This document shows positions 37,217-49,909 of a stretch of DNA of 64,000 bases, one piece after another. The position numbers and the translations under genes were made by a program. The number at the start of each line of letters is the position of its first letter. Position 1 is the stretch's first letter. The notes under the pieces were generated by a model. That model was not told the origin of the DNA. It did no database searches and saw nothing but the letters and a program-made list of their open reading frames with translations. Source of the stretch: Octopus vulgaris. Taxonomy: Eukaryota. The stretch covers positions 82,336,001 through 82,400,000 of the forward strand of contig OX597826.1 in the NCBI GenBank assembly GCA_951406725.2, in the 5' to 3' direction.

Positions 37217-39264
37217 CATACATATATATATATATATACATATACTCACATAAAGTTAGGCACCAACACACACGACATACCATAAATATATTTCTAGATA
37301 TACACATATATATTTATATAAAGACACACTCAAATATTCCTTCACACACACTCACACACACAATCACACAAACAAACACACATACGCGCACACACGCACC
37401 CCCACCACACGCACACACACACATACATATATATAGTTGTACACCCTGTAGCCATCCTCCACCCCAGAAAGAAACATCAGAGCTTATTGATGTACTTCAC
37501 AATTCTTTCCTACAACATATAATATGATATTCATGTAGAAAAAGGCACTCGATAATTTCCAGTTTCCGATGCATAACACAACGAACATACAGGAGCACAC
37601 ACAGACATACACTCACGTAGCAAACACGCGCAGACATCAAAACAAAGAAATGAAAGCCAAAAGGGAAAATTTTGCGGAATTCAACAGTTTCAGCTAATTT
37701 GCTTATTTTTTTATATTTGATTTCAATTCTTCGTTTTATTTCTTTTAAATTTTATGGTACATATTTTTAAAAATTATTTTTCATTATTTAAGCGAGGTTA
37801 TCTATCGGAAAAATTAATCCATTATCTGTAATCTTTGTCAAACAAATGCCTAAAACAACAGTTCATCGAATGATATTTTGCTTCAGATCCGAACTCACCC
37901 TCACAACTAATTTCCCCCGTATTTCTACTACTTCTTCATCACAAACCCCCCTCCACAAGATTTTGCTTTTAAATTTGCTGGATCAAAGTTTATTTGTATC
38001 AGCTTTGTTGTATTATATAATCTCACCCTCATCCTATCCTCCATTACTCCCACCTTCTTTGTGCTCCACCCTCCATCACCGCCACAATACACACATCTCT
38101 TATTTATACCACATAGTGAGCAATTAGAAGCAGAACGAAATCGATAAATTGAGAGCTATTAGCAGGTGGCAGGGAAATATATAAGAATAAAACAATAACA
38201 GCATCAACGATATTAATATCGATTTCCATACATTATCATGAATTATTTAACGAGAAGAGAATCGCGAAGGTTGCAACGCTCCTTATCTTTATGAAAAAGC
38301 TTTAAAGGGGAGCATAAATGGACGAAATTGAACATCAAAGCAGCGTGGTATTGGCTGTGTGAAGATTACTTGTAAGATGTCGAAGCTTTTTGACCTCTTC
38401 AATTTGAAGAACAGCTACGAGTCTACAGAATAAGAAACGTGCGAATATTGAATGGACTGATAAGTTTCAGGATGTAAGTAAATAGGACGAGGAAATTAGT
38501 TCTGTGCTCAAATAATTATGCCTCTACTTCGCCCCCCCCCCCCGTTATCAGTGAGAACCATCAATCTGTCTTCTAGAAGCTTGTCTAACATCTTTAACTC
38601 TCTGTTCCCCACACCCACCAATGCAAGTCAGTGTTTGCTTTTCATCCACACGCATGCGCACATTAACACAACACGTTTCGTCACACACAGGCTTCTCTTC
38701 TATCATTCCCGTTTTGCCTTGTCCGTATATTTCACACTTTCTCTGCAACCGACGCTCTAGTTCATTATCGCGCTTGCGCGCGCACACATTCGCGCACACA
38801 CACACAGAATCGCACACACGGCGGCGAATTCTTCCTTGTTCTCCTCTCGTCCACTTTTTCTTCACACTTTTGTCTTAGACATCTTCTCCACCGTTTTCAC
38901 TCTACCAAGAGAATATGACACACACGATCTTATGTGACCATTTAGACCAAACGCCGATCAGAGCGGTCGAAAATGTAAGTCGTGAAATTCTGATAATTGC
39001 AATTGGAATAAAATCTGTATAAACAGGTAACATATACGTGGCTGCCTTCTCTTTTCAATAAATCAAACGATTTGCACTTTTTGACTATTAATTTCCCTTT
39101 TGGAAAAACATCAATATGTTAAGATGTAATTTCGGATATCGCTTTCGATTTTTGTTTTAGACACCTGTGATGAGTATTTGTCATGACATTTCGTGTTTTT
39201 AGTTTTCATATTTGTAATATTTCTCTTTCATGTGTGATTTTATCAGAGTGGTTTTCTTTTGTAA

Positions 39265-39640
39265 TCGAACACTGCCGGCCGGATATTGTCACATCGAATA
39301 AGAGAGACAAATACTGTCAGATCATTGGAAAAAATCACCAAATACTCCGAATTGAAAGTGGAAATGGCAAGACTGTATGGAATGCGAGAGGGTCGTGTAA
39401 AAGTGATACCAGTAGTGATCGGAGTGTTCGGCTCAATCCCATTGAAATTTCAAGACTTCTTAAGGCAACTGGGAATTCCATGCAAGATTGATGTCTTGCA
39501 AAAAGCAGCCTTGTTCGGCACAGCGCACGTCTTAAAGGAAGTATTGTCTGTCTTAGGTACCTGTTGTGACTTGACAGATGACTAAAGACTCCGGTACATT
39601 TTTACCTACAGTGTGTTACGAAGGAATAATAATAATAACA
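39265..39640 (+). mobile_element. R4/Dong-like LINE 3' fragment no. 1 with (TAA)n tail
   Basis: HCRPDIV, EKITKYSELKVE, VIPVVIGVFG, LQKAALFGTAHVLKEVL, then GAATAATAATAATAA. Confidence 0.82.
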
Positions 39641-39649
39641 ATCGCAAGA

Positions 39650-40222
39650 TCAAACTTTAGCCAAGAACTGAGGCTGTAACTGAGGGAGAAAATGTGAAGA
39701 TTCTTTGGGACTTCTCAGTATGTACAGACGGGACCATCAAAACAAATAAACCAGATATTGTTGGGAAAGACCAAAACAATAAAGTCTGTTTATTAATTGA
39801 CATGGGCATACCCTGTGACCATAATATCTCGGCAAAAGAATTTGAAAAGCTCAGAAAATATAAAAATTTACTCATCAAAATCGAAAAGATGTGGCATGGC
39901 AAGACTGTTATGATACTGTGATTGTAGGAGCACGTGGAATGACCAAAAGAGGAAGTGAAAATTATTTATGTATGGTCCCTGGTTTACCGTCCATGCAGGA
40001 AGTGCAAAAGATTGTCTTGACTGCTACCGAGAACAGCATCGTCACTTTCTATTTTCTTCCCTTTTCCTCTTTTATTTTCTTTCTTTTTTCCCCTTTTCTC
40101 TCTGTCCTTCTTCCCCCTTTTCTCTCTGTCACATGACTTTGTAAATGAACTAGAATGTTTATTTTGATGGCCGATCAATGCATACAGTGAAGTTCTTTGC
40201 CCTAGGCATCAGGAAGACACTC
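39650..40222 (+). mobile_element. R4/Dong-like LINE 3' fragment no. 2 (different subfamily)
   Basis: KILWDFSVCTDGTIKTNKPDIV..LLIDMGIPCDHNISAKEFEKLRKYK..VIVGARG..VQKIVL, plus a 3' UTR homologous to 14522-14625. Confidence 0.85.
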
Positions 40223-40226
40223 CTAT

Positions 40227-40261
40227 GTTTCTGACGAAGAGCTCCGCTCGAAACGTTAAAC
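40227..40261 (+). ncRNA. Minimal type I hammerhead ribozyme (PLE type; loop-less palindromic stem III)
   Basis: GTTT-CTGACGA-A-GAGC tcc GCTC-GAAAC-GTT-AAAC; the host element continues ~95 nt to (TA)n at 40360. Confidence 0.8.
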
Positions 40262-40355
40262 CCTCCTTCTTTCCTTCTTTCCTGAGCGTCCAATAATACT
40301 TTATTTGTTCCACGTCCTCGCGTTGTTGTGTTTTTTTGTACTTTCTTGTTTGGAT

Positions 40356-40458
<103 letters not shown>

Positions 40459-41079
40459 TATTGTTTTTTTCTACCAGTAATTACAAATAGAACCGGTTGA
40501 ATTGCTTCGTTTCAAGGTAGCTCTCCCAGTATCCACTGTAGTTGTAAACACATTTGACCTCTGCTGACCTAAAGGCTGCGAAGAGTCCTTTGTCTCTATG
40601 GCTGCCCCCCCACCATCTGCCGAATCTATTTATAGACCTGTAGGATATAATCTATTCACCAAACAACTTGGCTTTTCACTACCTGCGTTTCATCATGAAA
40701 GTTACTTGGAACAAACAAGGAACAATACTCATGCTGATGTTTATCTTAATTTCTATTAAGTATGATCTGTATATCACAACTAGTATCATTGTTAACAACA
40801 GTGATCTGCTAACCGCCAGTCTGCGAGCCGACTAGATACTTATAATGTACAGGGAGCTGTGACTAAAAAAGCGGGAACCATACATCTAACTCTACACACA
40901 GGATATACATACATTATCTATCAATCTATCTATCTAGTCACACACACACACACACACATATATATACGTAGACGCACACAAACATATACTGATTTACCAC
41001 ACTTAAACTGACATGTCATTTCGCAAACTAACCCAAATTACTATTGAAAGTTTTCAGAAGAGAAATTAATGAATACAGA

Positions 41080-41119
41080 TATATGACTCTTCAGACAATA
41101 TATAGAAATCGAAAGATAG

Positions 41120-41172
<53 letters not shown>

Positions 41173-41219
41173 CATGTGGTGATCTTCCGATTTTTATATT
41201 TGCTCTGAAGAGTCATATA
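41080..41219. repeat. 38-bp inverted repeat bracketing a (TG)n tract
   Basis: TATATGACTCTTCAGACAATATATAGAAATCGAAAGAT versus ATCTTCCGATTTTTATATTTGCTCTGAAGAGTCATATA. Confidence 0.85.
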
Positions 41220-42244
41220 ACTGCTGAAAACTACGTGTAGAATGAAATGCGTAAATTGAACACTCAATGGGTTTTTTGTTATAATATATCTATTGCAAAT
41301 ATATAAATGCAGTGATTAAACGTTGTGAATAACGTGCAAAAAATATGCAGCATAAATAATCTCGTCAGAATCTATTTAAAAAGCTTTAATTTTAAATTAG
41401 AATGATGTAAAAAGCTCGGAAAAAGTTTCATTTGAAAGGGACAGGTTAAAAATAAGCAATTCAGGGATTAAATGCATGTAATTTAAATAGTATAAAAAAT
41501 GGTATTTGTTAGATTTCTACAGCTGGGCCTCAATATGTGATTGCAATAACTGCTTCATGTGTTTTCTCATGCTTTGCAGTTTGTCCGCAATTATTTAGGG
41601 GTGAAATAGGTGTTGACCCTGAAAAGAAATAACAGTATTTGTGATGCAGTCATGGTCGACTTAAGTAAGTTTATTCTTTAAGCAGGGGATATTGTCTGAT
41701 AAAATTATGATGGTACAGAAAACAGAAGGGACAAATGTGTCAAAAATATGATTAATTTCTTTTTCAAAGAAGGGTCATTTTGATTGTTTCAAACATAGAA
41801 TACAGCATAATGAACAAAAATACATTTCCGCGACAAACTTTGTGAGACTATAACGAAAATCTGCTGCGGAAGGTCAAAATTCAAAATAAAGGAAATAAAA
41901 TAGAATGAAATATAATAAAAATGATAAACGAAATAACCGTAGCATATCATAAAGCTATTCCAAATTTCGACCAACATAATTTTTCCAAAAATCCCCGAGA
42001 ACGGGCTTTGCTGAACGTCTTTACAAAGGCTCCGCCATTACTGAGAGCGAATGTTTGAGAATCTGAATAGGTCGCTCAAATACGTCCAACTTTTCGATGT
42101 TTCTGGAAAAATGTTCCAAATTGAGAAATTTTTTACTGTTGGAAAGAACGGTCGCAGAAGATAATATTTGGTTGTCCTGTTTACACCCGAAGTAAAACCG
42201 ATGTGAATACTAATATTATTGTGTATGTTAATATTTCCCGGTGT

Positions 42245-42450
42245 AGGGCGGTGAGAGGGCAAAATCAGTAGCACGCCGGGAAAACAAGCGGCGTTTTGTC
42301 TGGTTCTAAGTTCAAACTCCACCGAGATCTATTTTGCCCTTCATTCTTTCCTGGTCCATGAAATAAGTACCAGTTGAGCATTGGGGTCGATGTAACAGAT
42401 CTATCCCCTCCCTTTAAATAGCTGGCCTTGTGCCAAAATTTGAAATCAAT
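42245..42450 (+). mobile_element. SINE family B
   Basis: GGCGGTGAG..GCACGCCGGG..GTTCAAACTCC..CCCTTCATTCTTTC..AAATAAGTACCAGTTGAGCATTGGGGTCGAT..GGCCTTGTGCC. Confidence 0.8.
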
Positions 42451-42787
42451 GTTTTCACGCTGTAAACTTAAAATGTCGGACTTCTTTGTTTGTTGTTTGC
42501 ATTAAATGATAATATTTTCTTAGTATTTGATTTTTTTTTTGTTTGTTTTCTGAGTATAAAATGCAATTTTTCTGTAATTTCTGTTTTATATTTGTTTGTT
42601 CAATTAATACAAGCATTTGATGGGAACAAGTTTACATATATCCTCAGGGGATAATAACAGCAAACTGCAAAACAACACCAAGAAGAGCAATAATGAGGAT
42701 AATAATGAATATGAAGAAGAAGAAGAAGAAGAAGAAGAAGAAGAAGATGTGTGCAATATTATAGAAAAAATATCTTATATGTAATTA

Positions 42788-42986
42788 TTTTCTACTCAAG
42801 GCACAAGGCCCAGAGTTTTGTGGGGAGGGTGCCAATCGATTAGATCAACCTCAGTACGCAATGGGTATTTAATTTATCGACCCCGAAAATATGAAATGCA
42901 AAATTTGAACTCAAAACGTAAAGACAGATGAAATACCGCTAATCATTTCTCCTGGGGTGCTAACGTTTCTGCTAGCTCGCCGCCTT
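42788..42986 (-). mobile_element. SINE family B
   Basis: TTCTACTCAAGGCACAAGGCCC..ATTTATCGACCCCGAAA..GAAATACCGCTAA..GCTCGCCGCCT. Confidence 0.85.
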
Positions 42987-44865
42987 ATTGCTTTTATGTA
43001 ATTAACGCTAGGAGTTCAGAATGAAGGAGAATAAAAAGAAAAAAAAAACCGTTTCCCTTTATTTATATATCTTAAAATACATTATCCAATCAGTCTTTAC
43101 ACAGAACCTGTTACAAATCTTCATAAATTCATTTGAACACTAAAAATCACGTCTTAATTTACAACCAGCAAAATAATGAACGGAAAACGTGAGCCAATAA
43201 ACATCTACAGAGTTGAATGAGTCTTTTTATCATTGGAATCTATTCATTTCATAATCATTTTGGTATATTAGTTTCCTTTCATTAGTCTCACACTAAAGCC
43301 ACCGAAAGAAAAATCTGCAAAATATACAAATAGAAACTAAATTAAAGAAATAAAAACATATATAAGAATTAAAATATAAACAAAAGAGAATTTGCTCAAT
43401 CAGAATCCCAAAGATAATTGTATTTAATCTTAATGAATCAACCTAATTATTGTAATGGAATTTCATTTACCTGTTGATCAATAGATCTCGTTGCCGATGC
43501 ATACATCCATACATACATACATCCATGCATACATACATACATACATGCATACATACATATGAGTGTATGTTTTTATGCATGTGTGTATACATGCATAGAT
43601 ACACACCCATATACACACATATATAAGTAGGAATGAATGGATGTTGCGTTCGTATAAGCATGTACATGGTTCCTCCCTTCCGATGGAAGCAATTACGAAA
43701 GATTCTGCATTAATGCAATCTAATTTGCATGCTGGTAATTGTGTTGAGTGATAAATTAGTCGGAATGTATAATAATCACACATGTCGATAACGGATTTCA
43801 GAACTTTTCCTAATCTCTAAACATTGAGAGACAGAGCAACATGAAGATTTTCACAGTCATTTGCCGGGTAGAAACCTTCATTTAGTCTAATGTATTTGAT
43901 TGAATATTGTATTGTCATTGAATATACTTAATGAGAGTAGGTCATCACCCATGGCCATTTCAACGTCTTAAATTCTGGTCGAAGAAAGGAAAAATGCTTC
44001 AAACTTGGCCGGAATGACAGAAACAGTGTGGAACCGATTAAATGTATACAAGGTTGAGGCAGTGATTTGAAATCGGTCTAACGATTAAGAATAGACTCAA
44101 GAAGACGAACGGCTCCAACGAATTTTCATACAATTTATATATTTCAAACTTAATAAATTTAATTGAGGAAGGTTTTAGTCAATCCTGGGTTTTCTGAACG
44201 GGAAGGCAAATCAATACACGTTCACAGTTTTTCACTTCAAGCGAGTTTATTATATAAAAATCGTTCCCACATATTAAATTCTAGTCATTCATTTTATTTT
44301 CTGCCACAAACTCTTCAGTTCACAAAACTCCCTCCCCACTTCCTCAACTCCCTACATCTATCAACTCTAACATTTGAATTTTGTTGTTTTTTTGCAGTTT
44401 GCAATCCTTACATGGAATTTAGTATGTTTCTTTTAAATCAAAGCCCTGGAGACGCTTGGATATACATAGGGAGGAATTTTTAATAAATTCACTACTGTAT
44501 ATAAGTCGAAGCAAATTGTTGGCTTTATATGTTTGTTTAAGAATTTGTTATGTTATCTTATATTGTATTATATTATATTGTAATGTAAATATATTTTAAG
44601 TTTATCAAGGGTATGTCTTTCATTTAATATTCGTATATTATAATTATACCCTTTTATCTGTGGTATTTAAGTGTTGTACCAATGAATTTAAGTCATCTTG
44701 ACGAAAACTTCTCATATCCTTTAAATATATATAAGTTCAGCAAACCTTAGATTCAGATGAATATGGTACTTAAGTCAAAGGCACCAGAAATTTGTATGGA
44801 ATTATCCATATAAAGCAAATGGGGTGATTATAATCAAAATAAGCAACAAGTATATCCAAGGTAGT

Positions 44866-44951
44866 GTCGTACAATTGTTTCATGCTACTTCATTTTATTA
44901 AACACTGTAAGTATTACATCAGTTTTAAAATGCCGAGCAATCTTCAGCTAC
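44866..44951 (-). ncRNA. Type I HHR, minus-strand arm of the palindrome
   Basis: Minus GTAG-CTGAAGA-TTGCT..long hairpin..AGCAT-GAAAC AATT GTA-CGAC. Confidence 0.7.
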
Positions 44952-45118
44952 TTATAGAAGTTTCCAATCAAACTGACAGTCAGAGAGTGAATATACTACT
45001 ATCATGTTCTTAAAAATGAAATCAGCCTCTCTGTCTGTATATCTACCCTCTTTATAATGTTGACAAGCGAAATAGAGATAAGAATGTGCATTGTCCATTT
45101 GATTGGAAAATTCTATAA

Positions 45119-45204
45119 GTGGCTGAAGATTGCTCGACATTTTAAAACTGATGTAATACTTACAGTGTTTAATAAAATGAAGTAGCATGAAACAATTGTA
45201 CTAC
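45119..45204 (+). ncRNA. Type I HHR, plus-strand arm of the palindrome
   Basis: GTGG-CTGAAGA (45123-29)-TTGCT..CATTTTA/TAAAATG, TGTAA/TTACA..AGCAT-GAAAC AATT GTA (45198-200)-CTAC. Confidence 0.72.
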
Positions 45205-45233
45205 ACTACCTTGGATATACTTGCTGCTTATTT

Positions 45234-45269
<36 letters not shown>

Positions 45270-45613
45270 TATGATATATTGCAACACGAATAAAAGAGAC
45301 TTAACAAACGGGTGATATAGGTTAATAATCCGAAAACTGACATTTAAAAAAAAAGCATAACTATACAGTGTGCTGTGAACCGTTGTGCTAAACGCTCACA
45401 TTCATAGAAACAAACTTTAAGGATATTTATTATATGTTTACGACATATTTTGATTTCTAAAGGCACATTCACTGCAGTTACCGGGAGAAAAAAAATTCTA
45501 ACTTATGGTTAAAGTTTTAATAGCAACAAATGTGCCCAGTGCTTCCTCACCAGAAGAGCAAACACCAGAAACATCATTGGAAATATTTTTTTATCCTTCT
45601 CTCTCTCCATCAC

Positions 45614-45659
<46 letters not shown>

Positions 45660-45666
<7 letters not shown>

Positions 45667-45715
45667 CACAGACAAACACACACACACAGACAAACACTTA
45701 TATACATGCTCATGT

Positions 45716-45759
<44 letters not shown>

Positions 45760-45930
45760 TTCACTACATATCTATATGGTTCATTACATGCTGGCTACTT
45801 GATAAAATCTAATAAAGATTTTATCCTTGATTATTTTAATGTATATATATATATATACTACTAATACTAACATTTCAAGTGTACACTTATGTGTTTGAGT
45901 GCATTGAGTGCGCGTGGTTGTATTTATATG

Positions 45931-45986
<56 letters not shown>

Positions 45987-46023
45987 CACACACACAGACA
46001 AACACTTATATACATGCTCATGT

Positions 46024-46067
<44 letters not shown>

Positions 46068-46235
46068 TTCACTACATATCTATATGGTTCATTACATGCT
46101 GGCTACTTGATAAAATCTAATAAAGATTTTATCCTTGATTATTTTAATGTATATATATATATATACTACTAATACTAACATTTCAAGTGTACACTTATGT
46201 GTTTGAGTGCGAGTGCGCGTGGTTGTATTTATATG

Positions 46236-46290
<55 letters not shown>
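45660..46290 (+). repeat. Tandem duplication of a ~308-bp unit with breakpoints in (CA)n
   Basis: GACAAACACACACACACAGACAAACACTTATATACATGCTC starts at 45671 and again at 45979; the units are near identical. Confidence 0.93.
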
Positions 46291-46298
<8 letters not shown>

Positions 46299-48591
46299 CA
46301 CTCACTGCATACATATTAAAACTTATTTCAATATTTTGACGTTGAATATCTCAGTGATATCTACGATATTCAGTAAACATGACCCTTATATATTTCCCTA
46401 GAGTGGCGTATTATGGGGATTATATAATTTCACTAGCGTTACTATAATGCTGTCCAGCGCTATGATAACGCTCGAATTGTTTGACACACAACAGTAGCAT
46501 AACATAATATTGCTTATCTTTAGAAATAGTTACCTTTTACACAGAAATAGCATTTGTTCCACCATTAGTAATAACTCTTAATTTTGAAATTGATATTTCT
46601 AGTTTTTGCTCTGAGTTCTTCTATAAAAGATAGTTCACATTTTATTATTTGTCTCTATTTTATTATTAGAAAGAAAATAAATTTATGAGTGCACCACCTC
46701 TGGTTCGAATATCGTTCTAATATGCAATGTTACTTGCTTGAAATTAGGTTTCAGAGATTAGATTCTATATTATTCCATTCCAACTATTGCCACTTTTCTT
46801 TTTTATCTTCTGTGAAGACTTTGATTGAATTTACGTATTTTATGAATACATAAATTTCTTATATGTCTGCGACATTTGATTAGAATGAATACCCATGAAA
46901 TATTAAGTTAACAAAGTTGCTAACAATACTACACAGCACTTAAGTATATTTGATTAAATGTTACTCGCAGCACCTGGTTGGCGGCAGAACTGTAAATACC
47001 AATCAGCGAAGAAACCGATTCTGCCATTCGCATGCTGTCATCGGAATGTTCGAGTCAATGAGAAACACTATCCATGGTTGACCGATTTAATAAAAATAGC
47101 AGGAATTTTTTCCTTCAACTTACATTCTACTGTCTTTAAAAAACGATATCTAGAATTTTATTGAATAACAGAATCGAAGATGGTTTATGCCTGAGAGGGG
47201 AAAAAAATGACTGTTTAGTTACAGCTTGAACAGCTTTGATCAAATGTATAATCGGAAATAACTTGTCTGGACTAAACAACAACAAAAACTAATGCTACTT
47301 GGATGTAACCAGATACAAATTGCTTAGCTTCAACGAGCCGCCGTCCATCGTTCAAGCAAAGACAGATTTTGAACGTAAATTCTTGCAAATAAATTAATAC
47401 GTAACACCATCTGACTAACAAGAATGACAACTGTACAGTTTGCATGTCATTCAGTTTTAACTTTGAAATAATAGTGTCTTCCAATGTATTTATGAAAGAA
47501 TGGAAGAGTTCTTTACAGTCGTTCCGTTCCTTTATAGGTGGTTGGCATGAAAGCATGTTGTGTATTTGCGTAGGTTCCTGTATCTCTTTGTACGTGTGTG
47601 GTTTTGTGCCTGTGCGTCTGACAACGTATATATCTGTCTCATTAACTATAGAAGTTTGACTTTGTGAGCGCTTCAACCTAAACGTGTGTATGTGTGTGTG
47701 TGTGTGTGAGTGTGTGTGTGTGTGTGAGTGTGTGTGTGAGTATATGTGTGTGCGTGTGTATGTGTAAATGAAAAAGTTTCCTATATTTTTACAACACTTT
47801 CATATTGGTATGTCTTAGAACCACTCCTTTGATAATTCAAACAAGAAGGAAACAACAAAAAAATGTCACGCAACAATCCTAAATTGTCATTAGAGCGCCA
47901 TCTACAGACAGCTGAACGACACTATTTGCATCCTCATAGATTTTTCCATTTGGTGGCGTCAGAAGTGAGTTATCTCTTGAACTACTCGCATCAGAACACA
48001 TCACACGAAAATGCTAAAATACATTTTGATGGCTGCCATTATCGTATAAAGCATTTTATGTGTCATGCTTTACTTACAATCATTAGTTTTGTGATCTATT
48101 ATCCAAGTATTATGCACGTGTGTATAGCTATGTATGCATCGATTTATGTTACATTTATTGTGTATACGTGCGAATCTATAGATATATGCGCCCGATTAGT
48201 CACATAAGGATGGAACAGTGCCCAAACGCTTTATTTCCCAAAAGCTCAGAGAATGATAAGAAGAAAAAGGAAGAAGTATCGACATACAGGGGACAGTTTC
48301 GAACGCTTATAACAGAAAGGACTTCGGTAGAATCAACAAGGACAGAAAATTGGTGTGGCTTTTAGAGCAAGCGAACGTTCGAGTCACACCAGCAGCAATT
48401 CAAAATACAAAGAGCTTTCAACTCTGACACTCTTACACTTTCACACACATACAGACACACAGACACACACACACAAGCACGCGCGCGCCCATACGCACAT
48501 GCATATACACACTCACAAACAAACTCATATATTCTTATGTAAGGAAGCAATTATTCCAATAAGCGAATTAAACATTACAGCTTGGGTTTGT

Positions 48592-48621
<30 letters not shown>

Positions 48622-48622
<1 letters not shown>

Positions 48623-48922
48623 GTGAAGGTGCATGGCGGAATGGTAAGTGTGTTGCACCCACGATTGCGAGATGGTGGGTTCGATTCCCAGATCGGGCGT
48701 TGCGTTGTGTTCTTGAGCAAAGCACTTCATTTCACGTTGCTGTGCAATCATTTCGACATCTGACATGTGGCACCCGTTGCACCCGTACAGGTAATGTCGA
48801 TCGGATGGAGGGAGTGAGCTTCTGTCTACACAAACATTTGATCACTATAAACGAATCATTTGTGTGGTTGTTCGGCAAGAAATTGTCGAACCCCCATACG
48901 TCGTCTAACGATGGGGGAGTTC
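48622..48922 (+). mobile_element. tRNA-derived SINE, family A-related
   Basis: TGGCGGAATGGT A box, GGTTCGATTCC B box, TTGTGTTCTTGAGCAAAGCACTT CORE-like segment; the tail AACCCCCATACGTCGTCTAACGATGG resembles tail a. Confidence 0.75.
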
Positions 48923-49150
48923 ATTATATACATATATACATATATATGTATATATGTATAAATGCACGCACACGCACACACACACACACACACACATATA
49001 TATGTATATATATATTAAGAATGATAAGGAGAACGGAGATTTTTTACATCCATAATTTTATTTCGCAGTTATCTACAAGATCGATCTGAAATCCAATTAA
49101 GAGGAAACACGGTAACCATCAGGATAATATAGCTCTTTAAACTCATATAT

Positions 49151-49151
<1 letters not shown>

Positions 49152-49221
<70 letters not shown>
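49152..49221. repeat. (TGA)n microsatellite
   Basis: Directly visible. Confidence 0.95.
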
Positions 49222-49312
49222 ATACATACATATATTTTTTCTTCTTTTTTTCCTCCTCTCTTCCCTTCTCCAAACTCAGAGACACCCACGCACACACACG
49301 CACACACACACG

Positions 49313-49345
<33 letters not shown>

Positions 49346-49656
49346 GCACACGCACACATACACATATGCTCTCTCTCTCACTTTCTCCTCATCCATCACC
49401 CTCTTGTGCTGTCTTATATTCCTCCCCACCACTACAAACTCAATACCACTATAAAATGGTCGAAACATTTCACACAGGAACTTAGTTTGATTTGAAAACC
49501 CCACTAGAATGGGAGAAAGCGCTGATACATGATCTAAGTTATATGATGTATAAAAACATGTAATATACAAATAAATACCTGTAAATATAAACCATCCGAT
49601 TTTCTGAGTACCTCATTTTTCCGAATATAAAATACCTGTACATCATCTCCAAACTT

Positions 49657-49707
<51 letters not shown>

Positions 49708-49710
<3 letters not shown>

Positions 49711-49882
49711 AGAGTTTACGAAAAAAGAAAAACAAAAGACGAAGACAGGTGGTGTACAAAACAAACAGATGTATTAGTATAGCGCTCAGGTATAGAAAAA
49801 GTCTTTTACATTTCTAGCCTACGCTCTTCTACAGAAAGGGACACAGCAAAAACAAGGAGAGAAAAAAATGTGTGTAGTGGCT
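49708..49882 (-). mobile_element. Short PLE-associated element with variant minimal HHR, ending in (TA)n
   Basis: Minus CTTT-CTGTAGA-A-GAGCgtagGCTA-GAAATGTA-AAAG (49803-49839); body homologous to 18808-18935. Confidence 0.72.
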
Positions 49883-49909
49883 ACATATGTACGTATGTAT
49901 GTATGTACA

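Larger units (their letters stand above)
44833..45237. mobile_element. Palindromic element: ~146-bp inverted arms (44833-44978 and 45092-45237), each with a type I HHR
   Basis: The arms are near-perfect reverse complements with ~113 bp of spacer, and the element abuts (TA)n on the right. Confidence 0.88.

Noticed and set aside
47272-47676. 134-aa non-repetitive ORF on the minus strand
   Set aside because: No recognisable motif; cannot be assigned without a database search.
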